Assembly: GCA_964036045.1 (NCBI GenBank)
Contig: OZ038378.1
Coordinates: 156,178,001-156,242,000 of the forward strand
Length of the DNA: 64,000 nucleotides
From: Eutreptiella sp. 'Long Island Sound 2002'
Taxonomy: Eukaryota; Protista; Euglenida
Direction: 5' to 3'
Notes under the pieces: model-generated
What the model was told of the DNA's origin: nothing
The model's input: the letters and a program-made list of their open reading frames with translations, nothing else
Database searches by the model: none
Part shown: piece after piece, positions 37,197 through 50,126 of the stretch
How positions within the stretch are numbered: the first letter of the stretch is position 1
Layout: every line of letters begins with the position of its first letter
Made by a program: the position numbers and the translations under genes

Positions 37197-37900
37197 ACTT
37201 GACGTGACTTGACTTCTTGTCGGTATGTAGAGGGATAGCAGTAGCCTTCAGGTAATAGCTAACGACCAGCAAAAAAACACACACTACTACAAAGGGTGAA
37301 TGTAGCCTGATGAGTGCAGGCATGTTTGCACTAGGCAGAGTGTGGCCCAGCAAACTTCTGTCAATTGCTTAACACACTGCATTTGCCAAACTTGTGCAAA
37401 GCAGGTGCTAGCGCGTTAGATATTGTTGCAAGGTTGCAAACCATGTGCACTGCTGCAGGGGTGTGCTCCTCTGGTCCAATGCACAAGCATCCTGGCTGGT
37501 CCGGTAAAGAACCTCCGGGTTTTCTAACATTGGATACCATAATTAACCCCCCACCCCCCGGCGCACTTGAAATCACCCTCAAAACTTCAGTGCCTGGAAA
37601 TGACTCGGTGCGAAATCTGTTGGTGCTGGCAAAGAAGCTGATGCCACGGGGGCAATGATGCTGCAATTGTGAGTAGCCGCTCTGACCGACAAAACCACAG
37701 CACCCCCCTACCACACCAGTGCCCTCCTCAAAAAAGAAGGCCACGCAGAAGACACTAGAAACCAGATGTACTACACAGCCTATATCAGCCTTCATGGACC
37801 ACCCCACACACACGAGTTGAAACAAAAAGGGACGGCGGTGTACGGGGGCGGCATAGAACGTGCCCCCAGACATGCACCGTTTGTGACGTATCGGGGAAGT
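37197..37900 (-). repeat. Dispersed repeat with (GACTT)n terminus, copy 2 (empty site)
   Basis: Contains a single ATGCCACGG at 37641-37649 where copy 1 has the duplicated ATGACACGG. Confidence 0.85.
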
Positions 37901-38343
37901 TGATATGATTTTTGGACTTTGGACCATGACTGACATATGCACAACTCCTTGTGTGACTCACTGTGGAAGGACAAATCTTGGGCCTTGGTTGCCACACCCT
38001 AACACTGCGCAGGGAGGGAGGCAGGGGCATGGGGGGCACCAAGGCGGAGTAGATTTTGCTGCTCAGTACTTTTGTGGTGAGTGGTGTGTGTGTCCCGCTG
38101 CTCACATTTGGAGCTGATAGGGGTAGTGTGCTCGTACCAATACCTTGTGAAGCATCACCCCTTGCCCCGGCTGAGGTTTTGTGCGAGCTTGAGCAACACC
38201 TTTGCTACCCATCAGCCCCCCCCCCCCCCCCCTCTCTCCCCTCCCCACTCCCTATCCCTCCCTCTCAGAGGCGGCCCTCAAATGTCGGAAAGCATGAGCA
38301 GCTTGGCGGAGCCCCCTCCCCTTGGACAATGGGCTGTCGGGGG

Positions 38344-40128
38344 CCTCATTAAGGGGAGCTAAGCGAAGGTGTAGGTGGACGGTGTGTTGAGTGGGGGTGG
38401 ATGGAGGTTCCAACAATGTTTCTGGGCCGCAACCACCGCCTCCCACCAGGGCGAAACCAAAAAAATCCTCACACCACCCCCTTGTCCTCTTCAGGGGACC
38501 GCCTCTTCAGGGGCACCAAGCAGCAGGGACAGTAGAAGATGCGGGCACAGCATAGGCACTGCACAACACCCTGTGTATATACGCAGGCCTGTCAGCGAAG
38601 AGCGTGCACACACAGCGCACTGCTGAGGCGCGCCACTTGGCTTTTTGTAGCCCCCCGGTCCTGGGGGCCACCTCCCACATCGGTGGTGGTGCACGTCAGT
38701 CGACGCGCCAGCAACAGCAAGGCCCCAGCTCCCATTGCAACCCCCTATCCCCCCCCCCCCCCCCGAGTCAGCAAACATGGCGGCCGAGTCGGCGGCGCGT
38801 TGTACCCGACTCGGAGGGCGGGATCACAATTTTGGAGGTTGGCACAAAATAAATCAAGCGTATTACGCGGTGTCCGCCGTGTGGTTGTCATTCCATTTTG
38901 CATGGCACTTTTTGGAGAGTGCTCTCCACAGCGTGTCCTCGTCAGCCGCCCAAATACCCAATTGAACGGGGCACTGGGGGGCTTGGGGACCGAGCGGTCA
39001 CCACCGCCCGCGTCCCAATGGTCGATAATTCGCAGTGAAGGTGAGGGCTGGGGGGTAGTGGCGCGTGCCAACAACAAAGACGCAGTCCAAGGAGGGTGCC
39101 GCCCGCGCACCGCGCACGCGGCGTCATTCAAGTATCCCGGGTTGTATCCCGTGCTGCACAGCATGGCTCCAGGACTTGGGACGTAGTGAGGGGGTGACGT
39201 GCCGCGCGCATGCGCATGAGCGCTCATGGATGCGGCCAAACGCACGTGCCCCGGGGCACCATGTGCACCGCGGGCACCGCGCGGGCGGCACCCTCAAGGG
39301 CCAAGTCTTTTTCGTCCAATGGGCTTTTTGTACACAAGGCAGCCCCTGTCAAATCCGTTCCGCCTGCACCGCCAGAACGGGTTGGTCAACACGCAAACGT
39401 TGCACGCCTCCCATGCTCCGGCAACTCACCACTCATTTGTCCCCAAGTGGTCCTTATCAGACCACACTTGGGCAGCCGCCGCTTGTATTCAATGGTCATG
39501 TGAGCAGCGGTGCTCAATTGTGTGACAAGGGGCGTCCTGCACGACCACTGTCCACCAGCGGTTGTCTGTCTCTTGCTCCGTCACAAGATGCAAGGCAGCA
39601 CCCCGAAATCGTCGGCTGAAGCGGGAAACAGCCGGTGCAAATTCGCTGTCTCCACACCGCGGCTGCGAGTGGGTTCGAGGTCCGCTACAAGCGGCCGTTG
39701 TTGCACATTTGAAGAGTTGGATCGCTCCCGCTCAGCCTCCGGCATTGCGGAAATTAGAAAACGTTGGAACTTGTGGGCGCCAAGTTCCGACCTGCGTATT
39801 CTGTGTGCGCCCCGCGCGTGCCTGGTCCGGCCTTCCCTTGGCTGTGCAATGTGTCCCGCAGTGTTGTTCCACTGCCCGATGCAGAAACACATGACGCAAA
39901 CATCGGTGACCGCGCTGTGCGGTGCCCAATGCGTCTCCCAACCTCATTAAGCGGAGCTAAGCGAAGGTGTAGGTGGACGGTCTGTTGGGTGGGGGTGGGT
40001 GGAGGTTCCAACAATGTTTCTGGGCCACAACCACCACCTCCCACCGGGGCAAAACCCAAAAAAACCCTCACCCCACCCCCTTTTCCTTTTCAGGGGACCG
40101 CCTCTTCAGGGGCGCCAGGCAGCAGGGC
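38344..40128 (+). repeat. ~185-bp direct repeat pair (38344-38530, 39942-40128)
   Basis: cctcattaa...gctaagcgaaggtgtaggtggacgg...caggggaccgcctcttcagggg at both sites with scattered substitutions. Confidence 0.88.
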
Positions 40129-41427
40129 AAGAACAAGGGACAGGCGGTGTGCACCAGACCTGCACCGCGTGGACATCAGTGTTAGCGCACGACACACACT
40201 GTTCTCGCTTGGAATACACACGGGATACACTTTGGATGTTTGGGATGCACACTTGATACGCCAAACGCGGGCCGAGGGGGGCATCGTGGGGTACTGAGGC
40301 AGTGAGATGTCGCTTTCGAAGTGAATACTTCGAGGTGTCACGGCGAGAGCGACGCAGGATCACAAAGATTGCACAAGGGGGACCTGAAACACATGTGGTA
40401 CGCGATTTTGGGAAATGGGAAACGCATTGAAAACACAGTTTCGAAGTTCGGGATGGCTCGCGTTGCAGAACAAAAAAGTGGGGAAATAGGGGGAGGGCTG
40501 CCAGAGCCGACATGCGGAACGGAACGACTACACATCTTGTGGGGGCTTACACATAGCCGCACAAGCCCCCCCCCCTCCCCTACAAAAGATTGCAAAAAAA
40601 ACTCCTTCGACACCCTCTTCTTGGGTGCCGGTCGGGTCGCCATTGAGTGACTGACTGTCACAAAGGCGGAGGGGGGAGGGGGGAGGTCGCGTCCACGGAC
40701 CCTGCAGCTTGCACCCTGCAGACTGAAAATAGCACAGATTCTGGCTGCCAGCTCACTCACTGAAATCTGTTTTGTGTCCGGGGGTTTTGCGTCCGGGGAT
40801 GTGCACCCCATGATGTGGGCATCTTGTATGCTCGCGCCGATCGCGCTGCGCCAAAGTGGACAGGGCCTCTGAGGATGCTAGACAGTCTAAAAGTACATCA
40901 GCTATGAGGGTGAGAGGGTGGGAGGGTGAGGATGGTGGCTCTGTACCTCGGGCAACTATCACTGCCACTGCCACTGCCATTCCCAAATTGATGCTTTCCA
41001 AAGAACATCCCTGCAAGTCGGAGTTGCTTGCCAATGCATGCTGGATCAGTACGTGGATCCCATTGCAGCTGCAATGCAGCTGCAACAGTTGCCATTGCGC
41101 TCACACATGCATTTTTGTGTGCAGACGGGACACACTGGGGAGCAACCTGGGCAGGCACCCATTTTCCATCTCGTGCATTGCCCGCAAGACCATTGGCAGC
41201 TGACCATTTGGATGATGCGCCAAGACGTGTGAGGGCCTTGGAGATGTCCAACGACAAAGCCCATTTTTGTGACACCAAATGTTGTATGCGCACATACAAT
41301 ATACCTTCATGAGGATGAAAATTGGACATATCTGTTTGGAGATGAGAGCAACATAAGCAGGAGTATGCATATGAAAAACAGTGGCTGTGCAAGAGACCTG
41401 AGCATTCATCACAGTTCCCATCCTCCC

Positions 41428-41530
41428 CCATTTCCCCCCCGTTTCCCCCCGTTTTCCCCCCAATTACCCCCCGTTTTCCCCTGTTTTCCCCCGTTTTCCC
41501 CGTTTTCCCCCCGTTTTCCCCGGTTTCCCT
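41428..41530. repeat. (GTTTTCCCCC)n-like simple repeat
   Basis: Direct reading. Confidence 0.85.
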
Positions 41531-41859
41531 CCATCTGTATCCCTTGTCCTATGTCACAGACTTTCCTCTCTTTGATCCTTTAGTAAAAAACCCTCTCCTG
41601 TATCCCGCACCCAAACGGCGTTTAGTGGCAAACTGCTCCCGGATCCTGGGAACCTTGGACTCCTGTTTTATGATGAACTGGGTTTACAAAATATATTTGT
41701 GATTTCCTTGATTTTCGGCGTGCTTCTAGCTTGAGGAGGGAAAAGAACAGACCTCCAAGGTCCAAAACCCGGTGAAGGGATCGCAAAATCAAACATATGG
41801 ACTCCTCTAACAAGACGGCAAATCCATCAAGGTCCATCAAGGAGAGATCTGTTTCTGGA

Positions 41860-42420
41860 GGCCTTCATCGCGTTGCTGGCAGCCCCATCGCGTCGCCGAA
41901 GCCCTCTTTCTGTTGCTGCAGCCTTCATCGTGTCGCCGGCAGCCTCTATTGCGTCGCCGTAGCCTCCATTGTGTCGCTGGCAGCCTCCATCATGTCGCCG
42001 CCGCCTTCTTTGCGTTGCTACAGGCTTCATCGTGTCGCCGGCAGCCTTCATCGCGTCCCCGCAGTCTTCAGCGCGTCGCCGCAGCCTTCAGCGCGTCGCC
42101 AGCAGCCTCCATCGCGTCGCGGCGGTCTTCTTCGCCTCGCTGCAGCCTTCATCGCGTCGCCGCAGCATTCATCCCGTCGCTGCAGCCTTCAGCACGTCGC
42201 CGCAGCTTTCAATGCGTCGGCGGCAGCCTCCATTGCGTAGGCGCGGCCCTCTTCGCGTCACCGCAGCCTTCATCGCGTCGCCAGCAGCCCTTAGCGCGTC
42301 GCCACAGCCTCCATAGCGTCGCCACAGCCTCCATCGCGTCGCCGCAGCCTTCAGCGCGTCACGGCAGCATCATTCCGTTGCCGCGGCCCTCGTTGTGTTG
42401 CTGCAGCCTTCATCGCGTTG
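41860..42420. repeat. ~21-bp minisatellite (GCAGCCTTCATCGCGTCGCCG)
   Basis: About 25 degenerate units visible. Confidence 0.9.
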
Positions 42421-42597
42421 CTGGTGCATTCGTGGACTTACTACAGTCTTCGTTGAGTTGCTGTAAGCTGTGCAGTGTGGGCATCTTCGCCTTGAGAGGT
42501 TCACTTGAGTTTGTGCCAAAGGTCATCCCTCTTTCCTTTCAATCACAACAGGTCACGCCCATCTGTGAGCTTTGGAGGTTATTCAGTCGCCCGAAAA

Positions 42598-42960
42598 TCT
42601 TGAGGTCCTGCAATCCTAAAGCCATTTACTTCTGAGGTCCTGTAACCTTGAGGTCCTGCAAACCTAAAGCCCTTTACTTTTGAGGTCCTAAAACCTTGAG
42701 GTCTTGCAAACCTATGGCTCTTTACCTCTGAGGTCCTGAAATCTTGAGGTCATGCAATCCAAGGCCCTTTACTTCTGAGGTCCTGAAACCTTGAGGTCCT
42801 ACAATCCCAAGCTTCTTTACTTCTGAAATCCTGAAGTTTTGAGGTCCTAAAATCCTAAGTTCCCTTAATTCTGAAGTCCTGAAGTCTTGAGGCCCTCAAA
42901 TCTTGAAGTCGTGCAATCCTGAGGTCTTGACATTTGGAGATCCTGAAATTCCGAGGACCC
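42598..42960. repeat. 48-bp minisatellite (TTGAGGTCCTGCAA...TTTACTTCTGAGGTCCTG)
   Basis: TTGAGG at 42600, 42648 and 42696; decays rightwards. Confidence 0.88.
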
Positions 42961-43120
42961 GGGGTTTCAGACTCATCTGCCAGACTCATCATCAACTTTT
43001 TTTTGGACCTCGGTCGAAGCTCTCAAGCTGTGCCTTAGTTTGAGGTTTGCGTTTACCAGTCCACTCTTGAATCGTCGAAGTCACGGTGGACCATGCCCTT
43101 TCCCTTGGTACTTTGGTAAG

Positions 43121-43597
43121 ATGGACAACGCGGCGGGCCTAAGGGTGCTTATGAACAACCAGTCACCCCCCATTGCTGCTAACTTGGGGCCGGTACCCCA
43201 TACCCACACCAGAGTACAACTCCCGAACCCACAACAATCACAAGGGCCAGTGAGAAATTTAGTGAGCTACTTCAATAATATGGCTCACACAAGCCCCCCA
43301 GCCTTGGTACCAATGGATGCCGACACAGGACCCCCCCCCCCCCCCCGGTTTGTAGCTACACAACGGGTTAGGTGGGTTACCAAGCTAGGGCTACCGGCCG
43401 AAGAAATTCACCGGTTTGAGTGGTCAGGCGTAGCGCCCCAGGACCCCCAGCTGGCAGAACACCTGAGTGAGATGGGGCAGGTAGTCCACCAATTGCAGGG
43501 GTTAGGCTCAAAACTGGTGCGGGCCACTGGTGAGATGCACGTCCAGTTCGAGCACACGTCGGACGGCATTGTAAGGAAAATAGGTAGCCCCAACTAG
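43121..43597 (+). CDS. Hypothetical ORF, possibly gag-like N-terminus
   Basis: ATG-initiated ORF (MDNAAGLRVL...) with a Pro-rich then helical segment; no diagnostic motif. Confidence 0.25.
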   Translation: MDNAAGLRVLMNNQSPPIAANLGPVPHTHTRVQLPNPQQSQGPVRNLVSYFNNMAHTSPPALVPMDADTGPPPPPRFVATQRVRWVTKLGLPAEEIHRFEWSGVAPQDPQLAEHLSEMGQVVHQLQGLGSKLVRATGEMHVQFEHTSDGIVRKIGSPN

Positions 43598-44031
43598 CCT
43601 GTAATTCCTTAGCCAATTCCTAAGGTTCAAAAGCCGAAGCCTGCCGGATTCCCTAGCCGCAGTACGATTTGACGCTGGCGCCGCAGATCACTACGCAATT
43701 TCAACGCCGCCGAAAGTTTCAGCTTGCAAAGAGATCCAAACACCGTATAATAGCTAAATGCGTCGGAACCTGATGGAAAAGGATTTACAAACTAATTGCG
43801 GTGAGGTCTGGGAAAAAAGCGGAACCTGCAGCGATGCATAATTCGAGAGCCGTAGATTAGGAGTCCCAGACGCTTCGGGTTGACTTGAAGGCTACACAAG
43901 GTTTATTCCTCAGGTTCCGTGTTGCTTCAAAGTCCTTACGCCGCGATATGTCCGCTCGATTGGGCTATTGGATGCCGAACTTTGCCTTGGTTTTCTATGT
44001 GAACCTGCACTGGTCGTAGGAGTATCCCTTT

Positions 44032-45151
44032 ATGTATCGCCCTCAATGTGGGGTGAAACTGCCGGAAGGAGCCAGGTTTTGCCCCAGTTGTGGATGCTCT
44101 GTGGCGGCGGTAGCCGAAGCACTGCTGCGCGCGCCACCGCCGTCGTGCACGCACGCGCTGTATACCATGCCGCCATCCTCAAGCGGTACGCCGGCAATCC
44201 AGAGCGCTAAAGCGGACGAGCGGCTGAATGAATGCGAGGTGAGCGACAAACCAATGGAGACCAATCAGGTACGTACGATGGCACCGAAGGACGCCACGTC
44301 GCATGGAGCAACGTCCGAGATCGCCATGAGACCAAAAAAACCAAAGAGCACTGTTGCTGAGTGTATTCGCCTGCTGCAGGTAAATGGAATGTCATGGAGA
44401 TGGGGCTGAATAGGAGCATCCAATCCGCAAGTGGCAATATGATTCCAGTGGCCCCAGGGTTTACTGAACCTCCGAAAAAGCGATATCGTTGTGAGCTGTG
44501 TCCTCAATGGCCAGGTACTGACCATCCGCCTGCATGGGTGCAACACCAAAGGAAACAGCCAGACATGGAAAAAAATGGTACACTGCAGTTAGCAGAATTG
44601 AAAGTTCCAGAGGGCATTGATGGGTCGATTGTAAAGCTGGCATACCACATGATTGCTTGGGTTGAGGCAGAGGTCAGCAAGCATCCTGCTGTTCATAAGA
44701 AGAAAACTGGTGGAGTAGACAAGAGGACGCAAAGAACCTACATCTTCAAGGAGACAGTGCTGGAGAGCCACCGCCAACACCTAGATCTGAAAGTTGAGGG
44801 GAAGCTGAGCAAGTGGACCCCAAGGAAGGTGAGGATGAGGTCTCAGGTTCAGGTTTAGAAAACGGAGAGGATGGGGGCAGCTCGGGTGCTTCAAGTGCCG
44901 AAGAGCAGGTAGCTGATTTTATGATTGATTCCAAAGGCTATTTCCTCTGTCCGTCAGCTTGGACATTGATTCCCATCTGCCCTGATTTCTGGACTGTGCA
45001 GCCCAAAGCCCAAACCATGAAAGAGGTGAAAAAACTGTGGTACCGCCTGGTTTATAAATATGACAGTAGCATGCGGTGCAGTGCAGCTCTGAAGAAGTAT
45101 CGGCCACGGCCTAGGTACTACACGGTGCAGTATGATGTGGATGGTGTGTAG
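44032..45151 (+). pseudogene. Frameshifted or spliced gene with N-terminal zinc ribbon and a C2H2-like motif
   Basis: MYRPQCGVKLPEGARFCPSCG matches the C-x2-C...FC-x2-C ribbon, with the first Cys read as Arg (CGC). YRCELCPQW...HQ follows in the next frame. Three overlapping frames: 44032-44409, 44361-44858, 44813-45151. Confidence 0.5.
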
Positions 45152-47420
45152 TGCTATCATCAGCTTGATTCTTCGAGCTATGGCATTGACAGAACTTGCG
45201 TTTTTGTCACGACAGAATGAGCGGGTTCTCAGTTTTCTGTGCTACTTTTTTTCTTTCTCAATGCAGGGTGTGTTGGCAGGTGTGCATTGATAGAACTTTA
45301 CACGATTTCAACTGCAAACAGTGATGCTCGTTTTTCAGAAAGAATTATATAAATGCTCTTTTTTATGGCAAGATCCGGAAAAAAGTAGGGCAAATGTATT
45401 TGACACCAGTTGCAAACAGTGATGTTGTTTCTGGAGGAGAAAATTTGTAATGGTGTTGTGATGGCAGGGTCTCGCAAAAGCAGGGCAAATGTTTTGGACA
45501 CCAAAGCTCCAAAGTTGGGCATTAGGAATCATGGTGGAAATCCAGCTTGCCATTTCCTTAGGCGGTTGGCATGGATCTCTACCATAGGTTCCTAAGAAAT
45601 AGATTCCTTCTACAGTAGTCCGACCTGTTGTGCCATGGGCAAACCCAGGCCGCAAGTGGTGTCGTCAACGAATGTGTCCAGGCCCTGGATGACCACACCA
45701 CCAACCTCCGACAGGCCGCTACGGCCCGCGGACACCTTCAGGCCGCTGGTTTAGCCTTGGAGCCGACGGTTGCCCAGGTCAAGGCCACCCTGCAGGCTCA
45801 CTAGGAGGGCCTTGCAAAGGCGGTGGGTAAATTTGAGGTCCGGCCCACCATGCTGGAAGCCAGGGTGGATAGCCCGGACACCGCCCTAGGAAGTCTGCGC
45901 AGCCGAGGGGAGCTGTTTTGCTGGCCCTGCTCTGCACTGCCCTGTACCCTGAACACTGGCACTGACACATGCAAAGCCAATATCCAACACTGCAACACTC
46001 CACTGACTGGTATTTGCGTCTGGGTTTTTGCGTCTGGGGCGTTCTGGCCCATGATGTGGGCGATACATATGCTTGCGCCTGTCGCTTGGCGCCACAGTAG
46101 ACGTGGGCCTCTGGTGAGGCTCAGGCAGGTTAGAAATGAATGTAGGTGTGTGAGAAGGCAGCAGGTGGGTAGCATGTACCTCAGGCACTGACACTGTCTA
46201 TGTCACTGTACCCGTCACTGTCATTGCTACTTCTCCTGCCCCCCCCCCCCCTCACCCGGCAAAACAAAAGTTGCTGTGCACAACTTGTGTTTTTCTGGCC
46301 CTGCTCTGCACTGCCCTGTACCCTGAACACTGGCACTGACACATCCAAAGCCAATATCCAACACTGCAACACTCCACTGACTGGTATTTGCGTCCGGGAA
46401 AAAAATGATTATATGTGCTTGTGGAAGCCGCCGGTATGTGGGAGTCGCCGGCAGTGGAGGCATCTATCTGATACACCCAATGCATCGTGTCTGTCGCAAC
46501 CCGGGTGCTTGGTAGCTGTGGCACAAGCATGGCACCCTGCAACACAGCGCCCTTAATCAGGTGTGTGCCGGCCGGAACTGGGACGAGGGTAACCAACACG
46601 CGAAGCACGCAGACAGAAGGTGCAAGGACAGTGGGCCCGGCCGCTGCGGCACACGTCCACGGCGCCGGGCACTCTGAAACATAGTGCCCTGAACCAGGCG
46701 CGTGCCGGTCCAAACCGAAACGAGGGTAGCAGGCACGCAAAGCATGCAATCCGAAAGCGTACGAACAGTGGGCCCGGCCGCTGCGGCTCACGTCGACGCC
46801 GCCGGGCACTCCGTGTCCGAATCGGTGGTGAGGCAGCCCTCAGGCCCCACGCAGGGTGCGAACACTGCAGCCACGCGCCACACCATAGCGGGCCGTCCCT
46901 GCACCCACAGATACGGAAGGGCCTGTCCGCCGTCTCGGTGGTGTGTGCTCCGGGAGAGGTAGACAGGCCCTTCCGCCACCAGTAGGCACCACCTGTGCCT
47001 ACTATGGTGCCGTCCTGCTCCCTTTATATCCCTACTGCCGGTGGTCGTAACGCCTTGGTCCGGGACAATGTGCAAGCGGTCACCGATGTCCCACACAGCG
47101 GCGCGCAACACTTCCGGCGCTCCACTGTCCTCAAACGGCACGGCAAACACCAACCTCGCTGCTCAGCCCAGAAATACGCGCCGCAAAGCGCGACCTAGCA
47201 CACGATGAGCACGCACAGCACGGAGGCGCGCCTCGGCGCGCACCGCGCGGCACGCCGCCACCTGCACAGATCGGCGGTGCCGGCGGCCATCGCCACTGCC
47301 TCACTTCTTGCGCCCTCATGATCGCGAACGCGTCATAAAAAACCAAAGCAATTGACTACGACAGATGAACGGGTCTCTGAAAATCCAGTTACTATACACC
47401 GCCCGCCTGCCCTCGCGCCT

Positions 47421-48900
47421 TTATTGCCGCCAATGCCTGGGTTGCCACCCGTACGAGCCACACATAAGTGCTTGCTTCCTGTCTCTGTCAGCTATGCTAT
47501 CCCACGGTGCAGCGGGTGCGCAGTTGAAAAACACTGCCTCCCTGGTCCTGGCCTGCACGACAATCTCTTTGGCCGACCGTCCACTGAACCAGCGGGAAAT
47601 CGGGTCTGCTAGGTTCAGTGGGGAGGGCACGTAGTGCAACTGCAGTGCCCCCCCTTCCACCGTAGGCTATGTGCCATTCGCCTCATGATGCGTTGCTGCT
47701 CCGGTAGCGCTATACCAGCCGTGCCCCAGAGTGAGGTGCTCAGTGCTCCTGTGTTATCCACAAACAGGTTTGCTGGTGCTTTAGCCCCTCGACTCCCGTG
47801 AGGACTCCCCACAGCTGATTTAACTGCTGCGAGATTACCCAGCACGGGCAACGTCTAGTCCAGGGTCCTGCTTGGTCCCACATGCCTACACAGTACCTTC
47901 CTGGCCCTTGCGCGGCGTCCACAAATAGGTGGGGTGTGTGTGAATGTGTGCTGGGTGCAGGCAGGCACCCATCCACGGAGCGCGCAGCACAGACCCTCCA
48001 AAATGCCCCTGACAAGGTTCGGTGGTGCCCTCGGTGTCCCGCGCGGCCCAAAATGCAGCCAGGCCCGTGCCCCACTCCAGAATGCGGCCGCTGTGTCTCC
48101 GGGGCGTCCGAGCCAGACCAAGCGGCCCAAGAGCCTCCTGAGGGATACTCGTGTCACCGGCGCTACCGCCAAGCGGATCCATGTAGTTACGCAATCTGCC
48201 ACCGCCACTGGTTTGGGCTAGATTCTGCCTGTGTGCGCATTCACTGTCTTACCCATCCACGTGACTTCCGCCACAGGGGTAAGGATACTCTTAGCCCCAA
48301 TCAGGCCACCCGCCTCACGCAGCGCGTCTGTCACATCATGTGTCACCCTGTGGACCTCCTGCTTCTGCTTCCCACCTACCAGGATGTCATCCAGGTACTG
48401 CACCACCAGTCCACCACCAGTGGGTCGACATGGGCAGTCACTGTCGCGATGAGGCGTTGCTTGCAGCCAGCCCATTCGAAGCACGGGTCCGCCCATTGCT
48501 CCCACAGGGTTGGTGGCACTTGCACGGAGCCCGCGCTCCCCGGACCCTTAGCAGCCAGCTGCACTGACACTTTGCGGCCCTCACCCAACACCGGTGTACT
48601 GGCGTCCTCTGGTGGTCCATTTACCGCCAATTCATGCAGGACCTCATGCAGCACTTGTAGGTCCGCTTTCTTGACTTCTGGCGCCAGCGGCATGTCCCAG
48701 ATCCAGAGTAGAGCCGTGTGCCACCGGAGGCGTAGCAGGTCCATAACTCCGCGTTCGTGCTCTCGGATCCGGGACGAGATTTTACCTTCTGCTGCCCGCA
48801 TGTGTGCTAGCAGTGCGTCTCGGAACTTGCCGCACGCTATGGGCTCCCCCGGCGGGCTCATCTGTGGCTGTGGATCCTCGACCGACTGCTGCCCCTGGTA
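47421..48900 (-). pseudogene. DIRS-class reverse transcriptase and RNase H
   Basis: VVQYLDDILVGG and VTWMG (48218-48505); LRRLLGRLVW; RNase H LFVDAA, SQQ..LWGV, LFVDNTGA, HYVPSPLNLADPISRW. Confidence 0.88.
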
Positions 48901-49160
48901 CTTGTGTCGGCCTGCTGGTGGTCTTCGGCGGTGGGCGCACCTGGTTCGCACCCGCACACGCACTATGTGGCGTTGTCCCTGTGTGGTGGCGCGTCCCACC
49001 GGCAAATCTCGAGTTGGTTCCGGGCTGTTGGCAGTGGCGTCATCTGGCGCGTACTCCATCAGCCTGTACAGCGGGCCCCAGTACCCCGTCATCGCTGTCG
49101 TCGCTGAAGTCGGATATGACGATTGGTATGGGCGCCGTGTCCTTCGCACTCGCGGAGGCC

Positions 49161-49955
49161 TCACCACCCATGACTGCCATTGGCCAATTTTCCATTTGCG
49201 CGCACTGTGGCTCCACCTGCGGGCGCTGGCCAGGGGAGCAGGGCAGGGAGTTCCGCCTCCGAGTTGATTGGGGGCGTGGTGTATTCTGCCGCTTGGCGTT
49301 CGGACTTCCACCTTCCCCATCGGGCCGTGGCTGCCATGGTTGCCCCCGTGGCAGCCAGTGCCGCTGCCCCAAACCTGCGGAAGGCGTGCCAGGCCACTAA
49401 GTGCCACACTGTGGCCATGAGTGCGACTCGTAGGGCGTGCTGGAGTTGAGTGGTCGAGGCGAACAGTGGGATCCAACCCGGCCTGTGCCCAACAATGGCG
49501 TGTAGGCGTTTTCTCCACGCCTCGCCCCAGTGGCTGAGTCGTGCCGTGCTCCACCTGTGTTGGGTCTTCTGGTCATAGAAGGCCACGCTCCAGGGTGTCG
49601 CCACGTCTGTTGGTTGTACTGAGGCGGCCTCACAGACGCGCCATCAAAGGGCGCTCCCCAAACATGCCAGCGCGACGACTGCTGTGCCATACGGCCCCGA
49701 GGTACGTGCGTCCAGGGTTTGCAGGCAGTGCGCATTGCCCCACATTCTCCGCGCTGGTGGACGTGCGTAGGCCCGGTCTGCTGCCTTGCATATGGCCCAG
49801 TGGAATGAGGTAACCACTGTGTCGACGATGCCCAGGGTTTCACACATTCTGACGCTGGATACAACACCTCTGAGTGTAGCACACTGTCGCCCTTGTGCTG
49901 CCAGCATGGTGAGGAGCTTGGCCAGTGCCGAGGGGGCGTCATGCTCCGCGTACAT
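49161..49955 (-). pseudogene. Tyrosine recombinase
   Basis: FYDQK (Lys), WHAFRRFGA (H-x-x-R) and ARWGRWKS....EY (W...Y) in 49161-49604; N-terminal helical part in 49644-49955. Confidence 0.88.
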
Positions 49956-50126
49956 GAGCGCACGTCCTGCCGACCCGCTGCAAGTCGCGGCGCCAGTTTT
50001 GTCTGGTGCCTTCTGCCCAGGCTATGTTTGCCAGTGCACCCGGTTCTGTCGCCACGTCCTCTGCTGTGAGTGCGTCCAGGGAGGTGGCCATACAGCGCGG
50101 CTAGATTGCTGTGCCGTCCTTTGCAC

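Noticed and set aside
41030-41310. CSCNSCHCAH SWIM-like motif and weak MULE-like segment
   Set aside because: Spacing is too short and there are no corroborating catalytic motifs.
41797-42635. ORFs across the 21-bp minisatellite
   Set aside because: Repeat-derived low-complexity translations.
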